A stretch of DNA of 63,741 nt, the filler included, from Octopus bimaculoides (lineage: Eukaryota), in the NCBI RefSeq assembly GCF_001194135.2. It is 8 parts of 8 records of this genome, joined end to end, with 100 filler letters (N's around TTAATTAATTAA, not from the genome) between each part and the next. Parts side by side here need not be neighbours in the genome. Positions count along the whole stretch, not along the records: positions 1 to 18,308 come from NC_068991.1; positions 18,409 to 32,894 come from NC_068981.1; 6 more parts are not named here. One strand, 5' to 3'. Below are positions 13,549 through 25,790 of this stretch, piece after piece. The stretch's first letter is position 1. Each line of letters opens with the position of its first letter. The position numbers were made by a program, and so were the translations under genes. The notes beneath the pieces were generated by a model, which saw only the letters and a list, made by a program, of their open reading frames with translations, did not search any database and was not told where the DNA came from.

Positions 13549-15069
13549 CAACAACGTGACAACTATAACCCAATGAAGTAGCTTCTAAGGGCTCACCATT
13601 TTACAAATAGTAGCTAAATCCTCCTCAAATCATGTCTAGGAAGCAAACTCCTTACCATGCAGCCACAAGAATTTTTTCTTTTTCTTTAGTTGAGTGTGGA
13701 AGAAGGAACAACGCCCATGACCTTTGTAGATCTTTCAAGACTAGTGAGTCCGATGACATTGTACTGTTTAAACTAATATGGGCCAATGCTGTCAGAAAAG
13801 AGAGCCAATTTTTTAAAGAGAAAGGATTGAGTGCAGTGGTTAATGCAGGGCCAGAGGAGTTGGATGTAAGAAGAGGTACATGGGGAGGAGAGACAAGTTG
13901 ATCAGAGAGGCCACTATAGTAATGATAGAGTGACAGAAAAACAAGACACGTTTCAGTCTTGTTAGATCTCATCAGTGAAAACTAATCAGCTCAATGGGTA
14001 AAATTTGGATGTGGTCAGTATATACAGAGAGCTACAACAGTAGCTGTTGGTGTACAGTATCTGTTATCTGTTACTTGTTTCATTCATTGGATCATGGTCA
14101 CAGTGGAGCCACCTGGAAGAGTTTAATAGAAAATAATCAATCCTAGTACTTAAACTGAATCTGCAACATGTGGAACTGTTAATACCAACATGTTTCTTTT
14201 TTTTCTCTCAATCACCATCTTTTATTTTTTATTTTTTTGTTTCTTTCCATTTTCCCCCTCATTTCCTTCTGTTAAAAAACATACGTTTGAAACATCAAAG
14301 ACTTTTCCATTTTTCCCAAGTGACAAACTAATACACTTTGTCTTTTGCTTTTTGTACATTTGAACCATACTTATTCTATTGGTATCTTTTGTCAAAAAGA
14401 ATGAATAGATACAATTAAACCTTGGGAGAGGCATTATGCCGGTAATAAACACACGCACTGGTTCAGTCCTTTATTAATTTATAAACAGTATTTAGTTTTT
14501 TTTGTTGTTAAATCATTTCATTGCACTCTTGCAATCTCTTCAGTAACTTGTCTCTCCACTTCCATTTATTACCGGCATAATGCCTCTCCCAAGGTTTAAT
14601 TGTATTTCTTTCAACACACGTATCCACATCAAGAATCTTGCACACGAAATACACATACGAAAAATGAATAGATATATTATTGTTTGGATTCTTGCTGTTC
14701 TGCAGACAACCCAAGAATTATCATTTCGTTGGCAGACATTAGCATGCATCAGTAAATAATTTGTTTGTTGATTCCTGTAAGCAAGAGATTGTGCTCCTGT
14801 CAGATTCATCAGTATAGCCATAAGGGTAGCTTTAACTGAGGAGGAACACAACAAGGTCAAAACACTGCAGTGTCTCAAAGTCTCCTTACACTGGTGAACC
14901 AGTGAATGTGTGCTATGAACACACATCATCTAAAGAGAAGAGGCATCCTCTGATGACGGAAAACAATAGTGATCAGATGTTTATCGCTGAAACTGTCACA
15001 ATGTATTAAGGCTGAATAAATATGTCATTGCTAAATAAATATTTATTTCATTTATAAATATTTTTCATA

Positions 15070-15071
15070 CA

Positions 15072-15116
<45 letters not shown>

Positions 15117-16180
15117 AACAATCAACACTATTCTCATAATCACAGCAATTAACCTTTGTACTAGCACCACCACTACAACTACTATCAGCACCTATTCAAC
15201 CACCACCACCACAACCACCTGTCATGACCACTGCCACCCCTACAACGACAACAACCACAATAATCACCCCTTCAACTACTTCCTCCACCATCAACATCTC
15301 TTTGACAATTACCATCAATCACTATACACCCACCACTACCACCACCACCACCACATTCACTCCTATCCCAGCTACTTTTAAAGCAACCACTAGCATCACA
15401 AACACAGCAATTACCACCACCACCACCACTGCCACAACCACCACTGCTGTCATTACTATTACAACTACATTCATAACACCACTTCAGCAACAACTGCCTC
15501 TACCACTACAACCATAGCTGCTTCTGCAAATCAGAGGAACCAGCACCCTCTGCACAATAACATCAACAGCAATAACAACCACCACCACCACCACTGCTAC
15601 TATTACTACTACTACTACTACTACTACTCACCACCACCACCACTACTACTGCTACTACTACCCCCACCACCACCACCACCATCACTACAACTACTACTAC
15701 CACTACCACTATTTCTATTACTTCCACCACCAACACTATTACTACTACTACTACTACTACCACCACCACCACCACTGCCACTACTATTATTACTACTACT
15801 ACTGCTACCACCACCAACACCACCACTACTTTTAATACTACTACTACTACTCACATTACTATTACTACTACAGTCACAACTATTTTCACAAAGGGAGCAA
15901 GTGTCATCTCTGCATCCACCAGCATCACACCATCACTACTATAATCCTCACCACCACCACCACTACCACCACCAACAACAACAACAAACAGCCCTCTCTC
16001 TCCAACCACCACCAAAATAACAGCAGCCTCTGCAGTGGCAGATTCAGTTCCCTCCAATCCCTCCCCTCCCTTCTCTCTCATCAGACCCCCATTCCAACAC
16101 TGCAATCTTCACCACCACCACCACCACCACCACCACCACCGTGACCATTGCAGTTGCCATCACCATGGTCATCACCAGCA
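15070..16180. repeat. Compound (CTA)n/(CCA)n microsatellite field
   Basis: Directly visible. Confidence 0.9.
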
Positions 16181-17019
16181 TGGTAACATAGAACTTGATA
16201 CTGGTAGTAATCATGTTCTCACCCTATCAATTGACTTGTCACTTAAATACTTGACCTTAGCCAAATGGACAAGTCAAGTACTTCAAGTCTATGGTTGGAT
16301 ATAATATAACAATATATTTATTTATTCATTTATTTATTTATTTATTTCATGCAGTTAATTTGCAAATAATAGCCCCATTGGTTACATGTGTTTCCAACTG
16401 TCCAGTTGTTAATTCACTGTATTGCTAATGGTCAAAGTAAAATGGGAGTGTCTACAACTCAATGGCAAACAATTATCTCAAGAGACTTTGTTTGAAAATG
16501 TACTGCTTTGTATTTTTCTCTTTTTTTTTTTAGTTTTTCTTTTGTTTTAGATGCTTATATCCTTTACTGATATATGTCAGTGAAAGCTATAGGCACACAA
16601 ACATACATACATACATACACACATGCAAATAAATAAATAAATACATGCATACATATGCACACATAAGTACATACATACACACATATACATACAATGAATA
16701 TTTAGTGATAAATTATCCAGGTGGGTAACCGTAATAGGTCTCAGGTATATTCCAGGTTCTGGCTAACCGCCTCTTCGAGGCGATGATAAGTGATTGAAAC
16801 CTTTGGCGATATACTGTTTCAAAAGACTCATCAAGCCAAGTGAAATTGTAGTCGTGGCCGTTGCCGATGTCATGTAAATGGTACCCATGAAGTCATAGTC
16901 GTGGTTGTTGCTGACGTCATGTAAATGACACCTGTGTTGGTGGCACACAAAAAGCACTCATTACACTCTTGGAGTGGTTGGTGTTATAAAAATATTCATA
17001 ATCCAGCATGTATGTGTGT

Positions 17020-17225
17020 TTGTGTGTCTGTGTTTGGCCCCCCCACCATCGCTTGACAACCGATGCTGGTGTGTTTACGTCCCCGTATCTTAGCAGTTCG
17101 GCAAAAAGAGACCGATAGAATAAGTACTAGGCTTACAAAGAATAAGTCCTGGGGTCAAATTTCTCGACTAAAGGTGGTGCTCCAGCATGGCCGCAGTCAA
17201 ATGATTGAAACAAGTAAAAGAGTAA
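17020..17225 (+). mobile_element. Family A SINE, 3' half
   Basis: Reverse complement of 8319-8530. Confidence 0.8.
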
Positions 17226-17924
17226 AAGAGGTTGTTCCGTTGATCAGATCAACTGGAACCTTCATCAGCATCACTGAAGGAGTGCCAGTAGTAGAATATA
17301 TATGTTTGTGTATGTGTGACTATGTGTGTATGGGTGTTCATTGATTTGTTCCTTGACATTTGCTTTGCCTGCCTGAATGGCATGGACAAATATATTACTT
17401 GAGGCTCTGTTTCACAGCCAAGTGTCCTCCCTCACATTAACCCTTACCTATTTTCCAAGTAAATATTCATTCACGCCACACAACTTCAGAAGCACAAAGT
17501 GCCCGGATGATTTATTGACAGGAAACTGACACCAACAATTTCATTCAAGCAATTGCAGATGTAAACAGTCACACATAGAATTGTATACATGTATATTTTC
17601 GACAAAGCTGTAGGAAAGGCAGCTCTTCTAGAAGAAAGATATTCTGACATAAAACTTACAATCAAAATAATGCCGGTAATCATGCAATGCTTGTCACTGG
17701 GACCTACTATAGCCACAGAGAGAGTGACAATCTTGTACAAGCTTTTGTCACTTAAATCCAATGACATACAGATGGCTGACAATCATTTCATTTCTACATT
17801 TGTTTTGTATTTTATAAAGTCCTATGGCAATAGTTAGTTATGTGGTGTGAAAAGTCGTATCTGCACACCAAAGCAAATCAGAAAAAGCAAGCTGAATAAG
17901 AAATGGTTATCATTTGACAAGATG

Positions 17925-18165
17925 AGGCAAGGCGGTGAGCCGGCAGAAATGTTAGCACGCCGGGCGAAATACTTAGCGGTATTTCATCTGCCATTACGTG
18001 CTGAGTTCAAATTCCGCCGAGGTCGACTTTGCCTTTCATCCTTTCAGGGTCGATTAATTAAGTACCAGTTACACACTGGGGTCGATGTAATCAACTTAAT
18101 CCCTTTGTCTGTCCTTGTTTGTCCCCTCTATGCTTAGCCCCTTGTGGGCAATAAAGAAAGAAAGA
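17925..18165 (+). mobile_element. Family D SINE, near full length (tRNA-like head plus Meta-domain-like core)
   Basis: GGCGGTGAGCCGGCAGAAATGTTAGC...GAGTTCAAATTCC (B-box-like)...GACTTTGCCTTTCATCCTTTCAGGGTCGAT...AAGTACCAG; further copies on the minus strand near 20580-20790, 29200-29390, 30700-30910, 32410-32620, 40800-41025. Confidence 0.8.
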
Positions 18166-18408
18166 AGATGAAGCAATGGTCATGTATATATGAAATATCT
18201 CACTTCTCCCAAAAGCCTGTCATCATCATCATCGTCATTTAACATCCACTGTCCGGGCACAGTTTAACCAGAGCTGGTTAGCTGAGAGGCTGCACCAGAT
18301 TCCAGTCTNNNNNNNNNNNNNNNNNNNNNNNNNNNNNNNNNNNNNNNNNNNNTTAATTAATTAANNNNNNNNNNNNNNNNNNNNNNNNNNNNNNNNNNNN
18401 NNNNNNNN

Positions 18409-18489
18409 GTCCTGGTGTTTTTGTTATGTATTTGTCTGAATATTTTTTTATTATACCTAAGGCACCTACTATGATAGGAATTGTTTCTG

Positions 18490-18490
<1 letters not shown>
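18409..18490 (-). mobile_element. 3' ORF fragment of an RLE-type (R4/NeSL-like) LINE
   Basis: KTETIPIIVGALGIIKKYSDKYITKTPG matches the C-terminal PIVIGALG motif of restriction-like-endonuclease LINEs; runs into a gap. Confidence 0.6.
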
Positions 18491-18573
<83 letters not shown>

Positions 18574-18589
18574 CATTATTATTATTATT

Positions 18590-18660
18590 CAGGTCACTCC
18601 TTGGAATCGAACTCATAATCTTGGGGTTAGCAGCCCGCCTCTTAACCACTACGCATCGCG
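18590..18660 (-). mobile_element. tRNA-like SINE head (family E) followed by (AAT)n
   Basis: GATGCGTAGTGGTTAAG (A-box-like)...GAGTTCGATTCC (B box); same head as 30606-30686. Confidence 0.7.
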
Positions 18661-19259
18661 CAACTAAGTTCCAAACCAGTATTAGGGATAAAACTTCGAA
18701 GGGAATGTTCTTTCTAGCGTTCAAGGAATCCTATGATGGATATCTCTTATGTGTTTAAATGTACACTGTATTTATATGAATAATATATAGTCTATGGACT
18801 AAATTTTTACACGCTAGGCCACTGGTAGTAGAAATTTCTAATATTTNNNNNNNNNNNNNNNNNNNNNNNNNNNNNNNNNNNNNNNNNNNNNNNNNNNNNN
18901 NNNNNNNNNNNNNNNNNNNNNNNNNNNNNNNNNNNNNNNNNNNNNNNNNNNNNNNNNNNNNNNNNNNNNNNNNNNNNNNNNNNNNNNNNNNNNNNNNNNN
19001 NNNNNNNNNNNNNNNNNNNNNNNNNNNNNNNNNNNNNNNNNNNNNNNNNNNNNNNNNNNNNNNNNNNNNNNNNNNNNNNNNNNNNNNNNNNNNNNNNNNN
19101 NNNNNNNNNNNNNNNNNNNNNNNNNNNNNNNNNNNNNNNNNNNNNNNNNNNNNNNNNNNNNNNNNNNNNNNNNNNNNNNNNNNNNNNNNNNNNNNNNNNN
19201 NNNNNNNNNNNNNNNNNNNNNNNNNNNNNNNNNNNNNNNNNNNNNNNNNNNNNNNNNNN

Positions 19260-19290
<31 letters not shown>

Positions 19291-21000
19291 CAGCTATCAT
19301 AAATTTACTTACGCCCATCAAAATAATTTTTGAAATCTATTTCACTACTTAAAATAAGTATGCGGTGAGTCAGAATGATTTGCTGTTTTTATATTCACAT
19401 TTTATATAACATCAACGTTTCATTTCTGTCTGTTAAGTGTCTTTAATCTAATGATAGCTCGACGCTTATCAGTTACGATTTATAAATATTTCATCAATAG
19501 GAATCGTTATCGTAGATCTAGAATACACAACAACACTGCGTAGCGTTGTTACCTGCTTTCCAGTCTGTTGATATAAAATACACAGTTTATGTAAAAATAT
19601 ACATAATCTTTTTTTCTTAATTTGTTGAAAATGTGTTTAATGTATAATTAATAGTACTCAAAAATTACCCGGCCCCTTCTGTCACAGTTGATGACAACTG
19701 TATAAAAATACTTTTATCATAAGATTATACGTTTATATAATACATACCTACATACAAAGCACATAAATGTATGAGTATATGCGTCTATATGATTTAGACT
19801 AAAGTTTTCAACACTTACATTATTTCGGCATCCCCTATAGGTTTTCTACGTATCCCGTAATGGCGCATTTCTACTACGAACTTTCCACTTGCTCATGCAT
19901 TTCAAATGTGTTATAGACTTATATCTGAGGGTTACTGAGTGGTCTGTTTTGTAACATTTTCCACTTATTATAATTGTGAATTGGTGAATTTTAATGTCGT
20001 TAATACAAGTGAACGCCTTTACGAAACATTTACATGTTGTAAAGAATGGAATGCCAGTTATTATGAGGCGTTATTAGTACACAGTTATCAGCGCAGTGTA
20101 CGCCGCGTACAGAGGTTAACTAGTGGCATTGCTGAAGCTGCTGAATACGTTATTGTAGGTCAAATCAATAGCAGGAGTTGAGTGTTTTGGGGTTATGACA
20201 AACTGTGAGAAGGAATAAAACGCAAAATCCGTAATTAACACTACGATTTTCTTTAGACTTCCAGCTGCTTTGGTAACTTCCAGAATTTCTGTATATTCCA
20301 ATTCCTATTCTGTGTACCATAAAATCAATCATCTCAATCTACTTGATTTTTTATATTTTAAAAAGGATTGACGTACCTTTTCACAAAGGTAAACAGTCAA
20401 GACGAAGAGAGCGATTCGATCGTAAGATATTTTATTAGTTGAACGATATTTCAACAGTACGTCTGTCTTTGTCAAGTTCAAAATAAGAAGTGATAAAAAT
20501 TCAAAATTACAGAAATTTAAACGTGAAGTATGAACGAGAGCAACCAGCGCCCACACGTTGATAGATAGACATCATCAGTTTTTAAGTTTCAATTTTATAA
20601 CAGGCGAAAAGGCCCGAAAATTTTGGTGAGGGACGCAGTCAATTAGATCTACCCCAGTACGCAACTGGTACTTAATTTATCGACCCCGAAAGGATGAAAC
20701 GCAACGTTGACCTCGGCGGTATTTTAACTCAGAACGTAAAGACGGACGAAATAGCGTTATCGATTCTGCCAGCACACCAATGATAATAATAATGTGTAAT
20801 ACAATATGCATACATATGCATGTATATATACATATATTCACACACATATATGTGTGTAAACAGTAATTGATTAAGAAAACAGAAGTTGTATTTGGTATTA
20901 ATCTTCAATTTGTGCGATGATCGTTTCGATCCCTCGTGCTTCTGTACCTTACATTAACACACTAATCAAAATATATCCAGTAGTACAAAATATAACATAC

Positions 21001-21036
<36 letters not shown>

Positions 21037-23415
21037 NNNNNNNNNNGTGTGTGTGTATGTATTTGTGTGTGTGTGTGTGATGTTTATATGTAGCCTCGAT
21101 ATTTAGTTCTATTAATTTTTTTTTATCTCACACCTATTATCTATATCTTCATACAAAAATGTCGCACTTTAAATAAAAGCTAAGTTAAGTTAATTTCAGA
21201 TGCTTGGAACTGAGACAAATACACACTCAGTACGTATCATTAGCCCATTTTCTGTTGCACAAAGGCCAGTAGATTCTTGATTTACGACTATTCCTGTCTT
21301 ACAATGAATTATTTACCTAATCGTGATATACAAACTGAAATCTTGTTGAATCCTGCATCCGAAATGAAGAGCATAAAATCAGCATGTGACAAATGAAGAA
21401 AGCAGTAAAACGAAGCACAGAGTCTATGAATTATTACTGTATAAACTGGGAAGAAAGTGATACACCTTTTTTTTAAATAAGATACTCGGCACGTTATAAA
21501 GTGCAGACATTGTTGCTTGGTTAAAGTAAGTTCCATTACATCTAATTTTATGAAAGACAAGAAGAGAGCTTTGAGCACAGAGAATGTATGTGATGCAAAA
21601 GAAAGTTTCCATCATCTTTGAAATGACGGAAGTCAGAGCGATGCCTGAATCTTCCGCAGATTAGATGGCTAGCGTTTCATGGCAATGGGACACATTCTAC
21701 CATATCAAAAATCGAAATGTATGCCTGTATGAATGAATGATCTGGGATAGTTTCTGGGATCATTGCTTGAAAGTAACGTACAGATATTTGTGACGTCTGA
21801 GACAGCTTGTAGGCTGATACTTAGATAATATATGTAGGCGGTGGTGCAGTTAATGGAATGAAGGTGGAAAAGTTGGAGTCGTATTAATAGTGAATGCTGT
21901 GTAGAGTTTTATGTAAAGCAGTCCGCTGGCGTAGAGTATTTCTTCATAGGCTATCGTATACTGAGTAACCATAACTGAGATGTAGAGTTTAGGAAAAGTC
22001 TACAACAATTATAAAAGATCCTTTATGTAAGGAGCTACATTTGGAGGAGTGAGAGATGCTTACAACAAATGTGGGTAAAACTGTTCGTTCTGAAAGAGTG
22101 GGGGCTTTCTTCCAAGTATTCTATGCTGCAATATTACCCTGTAAGCCGGTAGCAATACATTCACACCATTTTGGCAATCTGAATATGCGTTGTGGAAGGA
22201 ACACTTTTAGTCACTTTTTTACTTTACTTTGGTGGATTTCAGAAGGAACAATTGCGACCAGGTAGAGTTAGCATACAAAGGAAGAGGTACCATATTTGGT
22301 TGTGACACTTACATAATAGTCAGGTGATAAATCACCTGACTATTATTTAAGTCTTGACACATTTCCGTAAGAAAGATCCCAACTGAATTCAGAGTATTTA
22401 TATACACCAACTTCTTATTTGCAACATACTCACGTTACAAAATTGTTCCCATAATCCTAATTTTAGTCATGTAGCCCATTATTGAACTTAACTCTCGTAA
22501 AATATAATTTTGCCTTCGCTTTTAGTCTATGCAGTTTTCAATACCAATGGCGTATTTTACTTTAATTAAATGAACATTGTTTTTTTTTTTACATATTTTC
22601 GTTAGTAAATGTGTTCATTTGCAAACGGCCATTGCACTCTGGGTGATATAAATAATCTTTATATAATATATTAGTTTTGAAAATTAGCTTCAATAAGTAT
22701 TAAATGCAATACAATCTTTTATTTTATTTTATTTAAAACAAAGGAACACATCAATACACATTTAAATAACAAATATTTTCTGAATTTCTAAATAAACGTT
22801 CTCAAATGAGAAGCAGATTTAGGCTCATTGCTTGAAATCGGTTTTAATTCCGATGGAATAAAGATCCACAAAGAAGCTTTCGATACCACAGTTTAAATAT
22901 TTGAATTTGTCCAAGAGAGTTAGTGTACATTGATTTACTAGTTAGAAATTTCGCAAAATACGGGAAAGCAAATGTTGAGAAACATGATATTTTTATTCAA
23001 AATCAGTTGGTAGAGAGTGATAAGTGTTTGTAGTTTTTGAGATTATGTGGTGTGTTGTTATGTAGATAGAATTTTGTTATTTTTTGTGACAGCAGCATTT
23101 TTAGTATCGTATATTAAGAAATCAAGGGATTGCTAATTTAAAATTAAAATGTAACCATTTCAAACCTTGGGGACCTAGAATTCTCTGTGAGACAAATCTA
23201 AACTTTTGAATGAGAATAATTATTTTTCAATTACCATTTATGCCATTTCAGATGTTAATTTTGAATAGACAAAGAAAAACTACTGCCACAATGACGATTC
23301 ACTGCTTACACATTTCTCTAGGTTTATACATACCATATTGTGTTTCTTAAATTCAGGTCATCACAGGCTGATGAGACTTGCTACTTGCAACATGAAAACC
23401 AGAATCAGGACTCAC

Positions 23416-23608
23416 GGATCTTGAGTGGTCGGTGACTAAACCGGCTCCACAACTTGAGTATCTTCCTACACATGTGAGGAGGGTGCCTGGATACCCATCA
23501 GAATTAAAACCAAGACCTATTTCAGAATAGATTATCTCCTTTGGGTCAGTGGCCATCCGGATGGGGAAATCAATGGTTAACCACCCCAATATCTTTGTCA
23601 CGAAAACA
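23416..23608 (-). CDS. Candidate orphan exon (64 codons, VFVTKILGWLTIDFPIRMATDPKEIIYSEIGLGFNSDGYPGTLLTCVGRYSSCGAGLVTDHSRS), product unknown
   Basis: Acceptor ttcattctgaccttcgcatag, donor TCC|GTGAGT, stop-free frame, phase 2 to 0; no family recognised. Confidence 0.35.
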
Positions 23609-23709
23609 CTATGCGAAGGTCAGAATGAAGTAACACTGGCTACATCCAATGGGAGAATTTCGTGTTTAATCGGAAAACATTTGCTCTAATAATGTCAACG
23701 TGCTTTGTG

Positions 23710-24042
23710 AAGGCGCATGGCTTAGTGGTTATAGAGTCGAGCGTACGATCGTGAGGTTGTGAGTTCGAATCTCGGACCGGGCTGCGTGTTGTGTTCTTGA
23801 GCAAGACACTTTATTTCACGTTGCTCCAGTTAACTCAGCTGTAAAAATAGGTTGTGACGTCACAGGTTCCAAGCTATATCAGCCTTTGCCTTTCCCTTGG
23901 ATAACATCGGCAGCGTGGAGAAGGGAGGCCGGTATGCATGGGCGACTGCTGGTCTTCCATAAACAACCTTGACCGGACTTGTGCCTCGGAGGGTAACCTT
24001 CTAGGTGCAATCCCATAGTCAGTCATTACCGAAAGGGGTCTC
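23710..24042 (+). mobile_element. tRNA-derived SINE with CORE/V-like central domain
   Basis: GGCGCATGGCTTAGTGGTT...GAGTTCGAATCTC (B box)...GTTCTTGAGCAAGACACTTTA...ACTCAGCTGT; a related head lies at 10481-10561 (-). Confidence 0.75.
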
Positions 24043-25299
24043 AGCAGTTGCAAAATAAATGACGACATTTGTGTTCCTTAGCATAGGTAAAATATACAGA
24101 TCCCCATAACTACATGAACGTGCTGCAATGTAGTTAACCATAATAATGACGCAATTGTCAAATTCTTTGTTCGAAACTGATGAATTATAAATTAGACTTG
24201 AACTTTTGGTTTTAAGACACAGAGGTTCACTAGTGGCATTGCTGAAGCTGCTGAATACTTTATTGTAGGTTAAAGTAGTAGCAGGAGTTGAATGTTTTGG
24301 GGTTACAACCTCATAATAACTGGGATTCCATTATTTCCAGCATGTAAATATTTCGTAAAGGCGTTCCCTTGTATTAACGACATTAAAATTCACCAATAAC
24401 CGCAATAATCACAACTGGAAAATGTTACAAAACAGACCGCTCAGTAACCCTCAGATATAAGTCTATAACACGTTTGAAATGCATGAGGAAGTGGAAATTT
24501 CGTAGTACAAATGCGCCATTACGGGATAAGTAGAAAACCAATAGGGGATCCGAAATAATGTAAGTGTTGAAAACGTTAGTCTAAATCGTATAGACGCATA
24601 TACTCATACATTTATGTGCTTTGCATGTAGGCATGTATTTTAAAGACGTATGTATATACAGTTGTCACCAACTGGGACTGAGGGGGTCGCGTAGCAACTA
24701 TATTGCTAGAAAGAACAGTTAAAGCCACCTAGAGCTGCAAGAAAGCGCGTTTTCATATATTGACAGTAAAGATAACCGCCTCTCAGCAATGCTAGATCAG
24801 TACACCAGACCAGTTTTCCTTGAAAATTATAATCTTATCAGTAGTGACTTATCCATCGCTGAATGTTTTGGCTAACTCCTGACTGCCAATATATATATGT
24901 ATTTATCACATGAAGATCCCATTTCTTTTAGCAAGACATTAAATAGCTGTGGGCCCACAAATTGCGAGCTATTGGAGTACATGATCCTCAATCTAGACGG
25001 GACATCTGTGCCCTTTAGAACAGTTCAGTGGCGTGGGATTGGTATAACTTTCGATACCAAAGGTGGATGCCATCTACTTCAGAATCTTCCATACATATAT
25101 AACTGCATACCGCTTCCGACTTCGCTCCAGGGAGTGGAGTGGTAGCCATTTCAGTCTCTCCCAGTAGCTAAACTATTCCATTTATGCGATCTTTCTGATG
25201 TAACACTGCTGAAATGTTTCTCGTTCCGCTAGTAATTTAACAATAATTCGTGACGACAGATGAGAGCAGTAATCCAAAAAACAAATGAGTAGAAATATC

Positions 25300-25790
25300 A
25301 TCCGTAGATCCAGCATAATTTTCTGATCCCTTGTTCTGAAGTTTCTCAGTCACTCTATGTGACTCTGGGATTGCTACATATTTTGATCCAAAATATTGTT
25401 GTTGCGACTTCTGAGCACCAAGTTGCTAGTAGGAGATGGTTTGGAAATCACTTGTATTAAATTCCATGTTGTTTTCTTTTTTTTTCAGCCCTTTTATGTC
25501 TTTCTGTTGAAGATTAGCATCAGAAGTCCCTTGACTGCTTGTACCACTTTTGTGTCGTCCGCATAGCTAGTAAGTATGACTGTCTGTGTAACTGATGGCA
25601 TGTCAGAAAGAGCCACCGTGAACAATAGCATTCCCAATACAGTTTCCTGAGGCGCCCCATTCTCTATTACTGTTTCCTTGGGGAGGAATCCATTGGATGC
25701 CACAGCCTGCTTTCTGTCTTTTAAGAAGTCATATAACCACTCTCCCAGTTTTCCGACTATGCCAAGGTCTCGTAGCTTCTGACATCATCC
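25300..25790 (-). mobile_element. CR1/L2-group LINE reverse transcriptase fragment, degenerate
   Basis: QKLRDLGIVGKLGEWLYDFLKDRKQAV...NGAPQETVLGMLLF...SYADDTKV contains the RT motifs GVPQG-like and YADD. Confidence 0.85.

Noticed and set aside
10696-16304. Many poly-V/T/Y/S/H ORFs in the ORF track
   Set aside because: Translations of trinucleotide microsatellites with no splice or homology support
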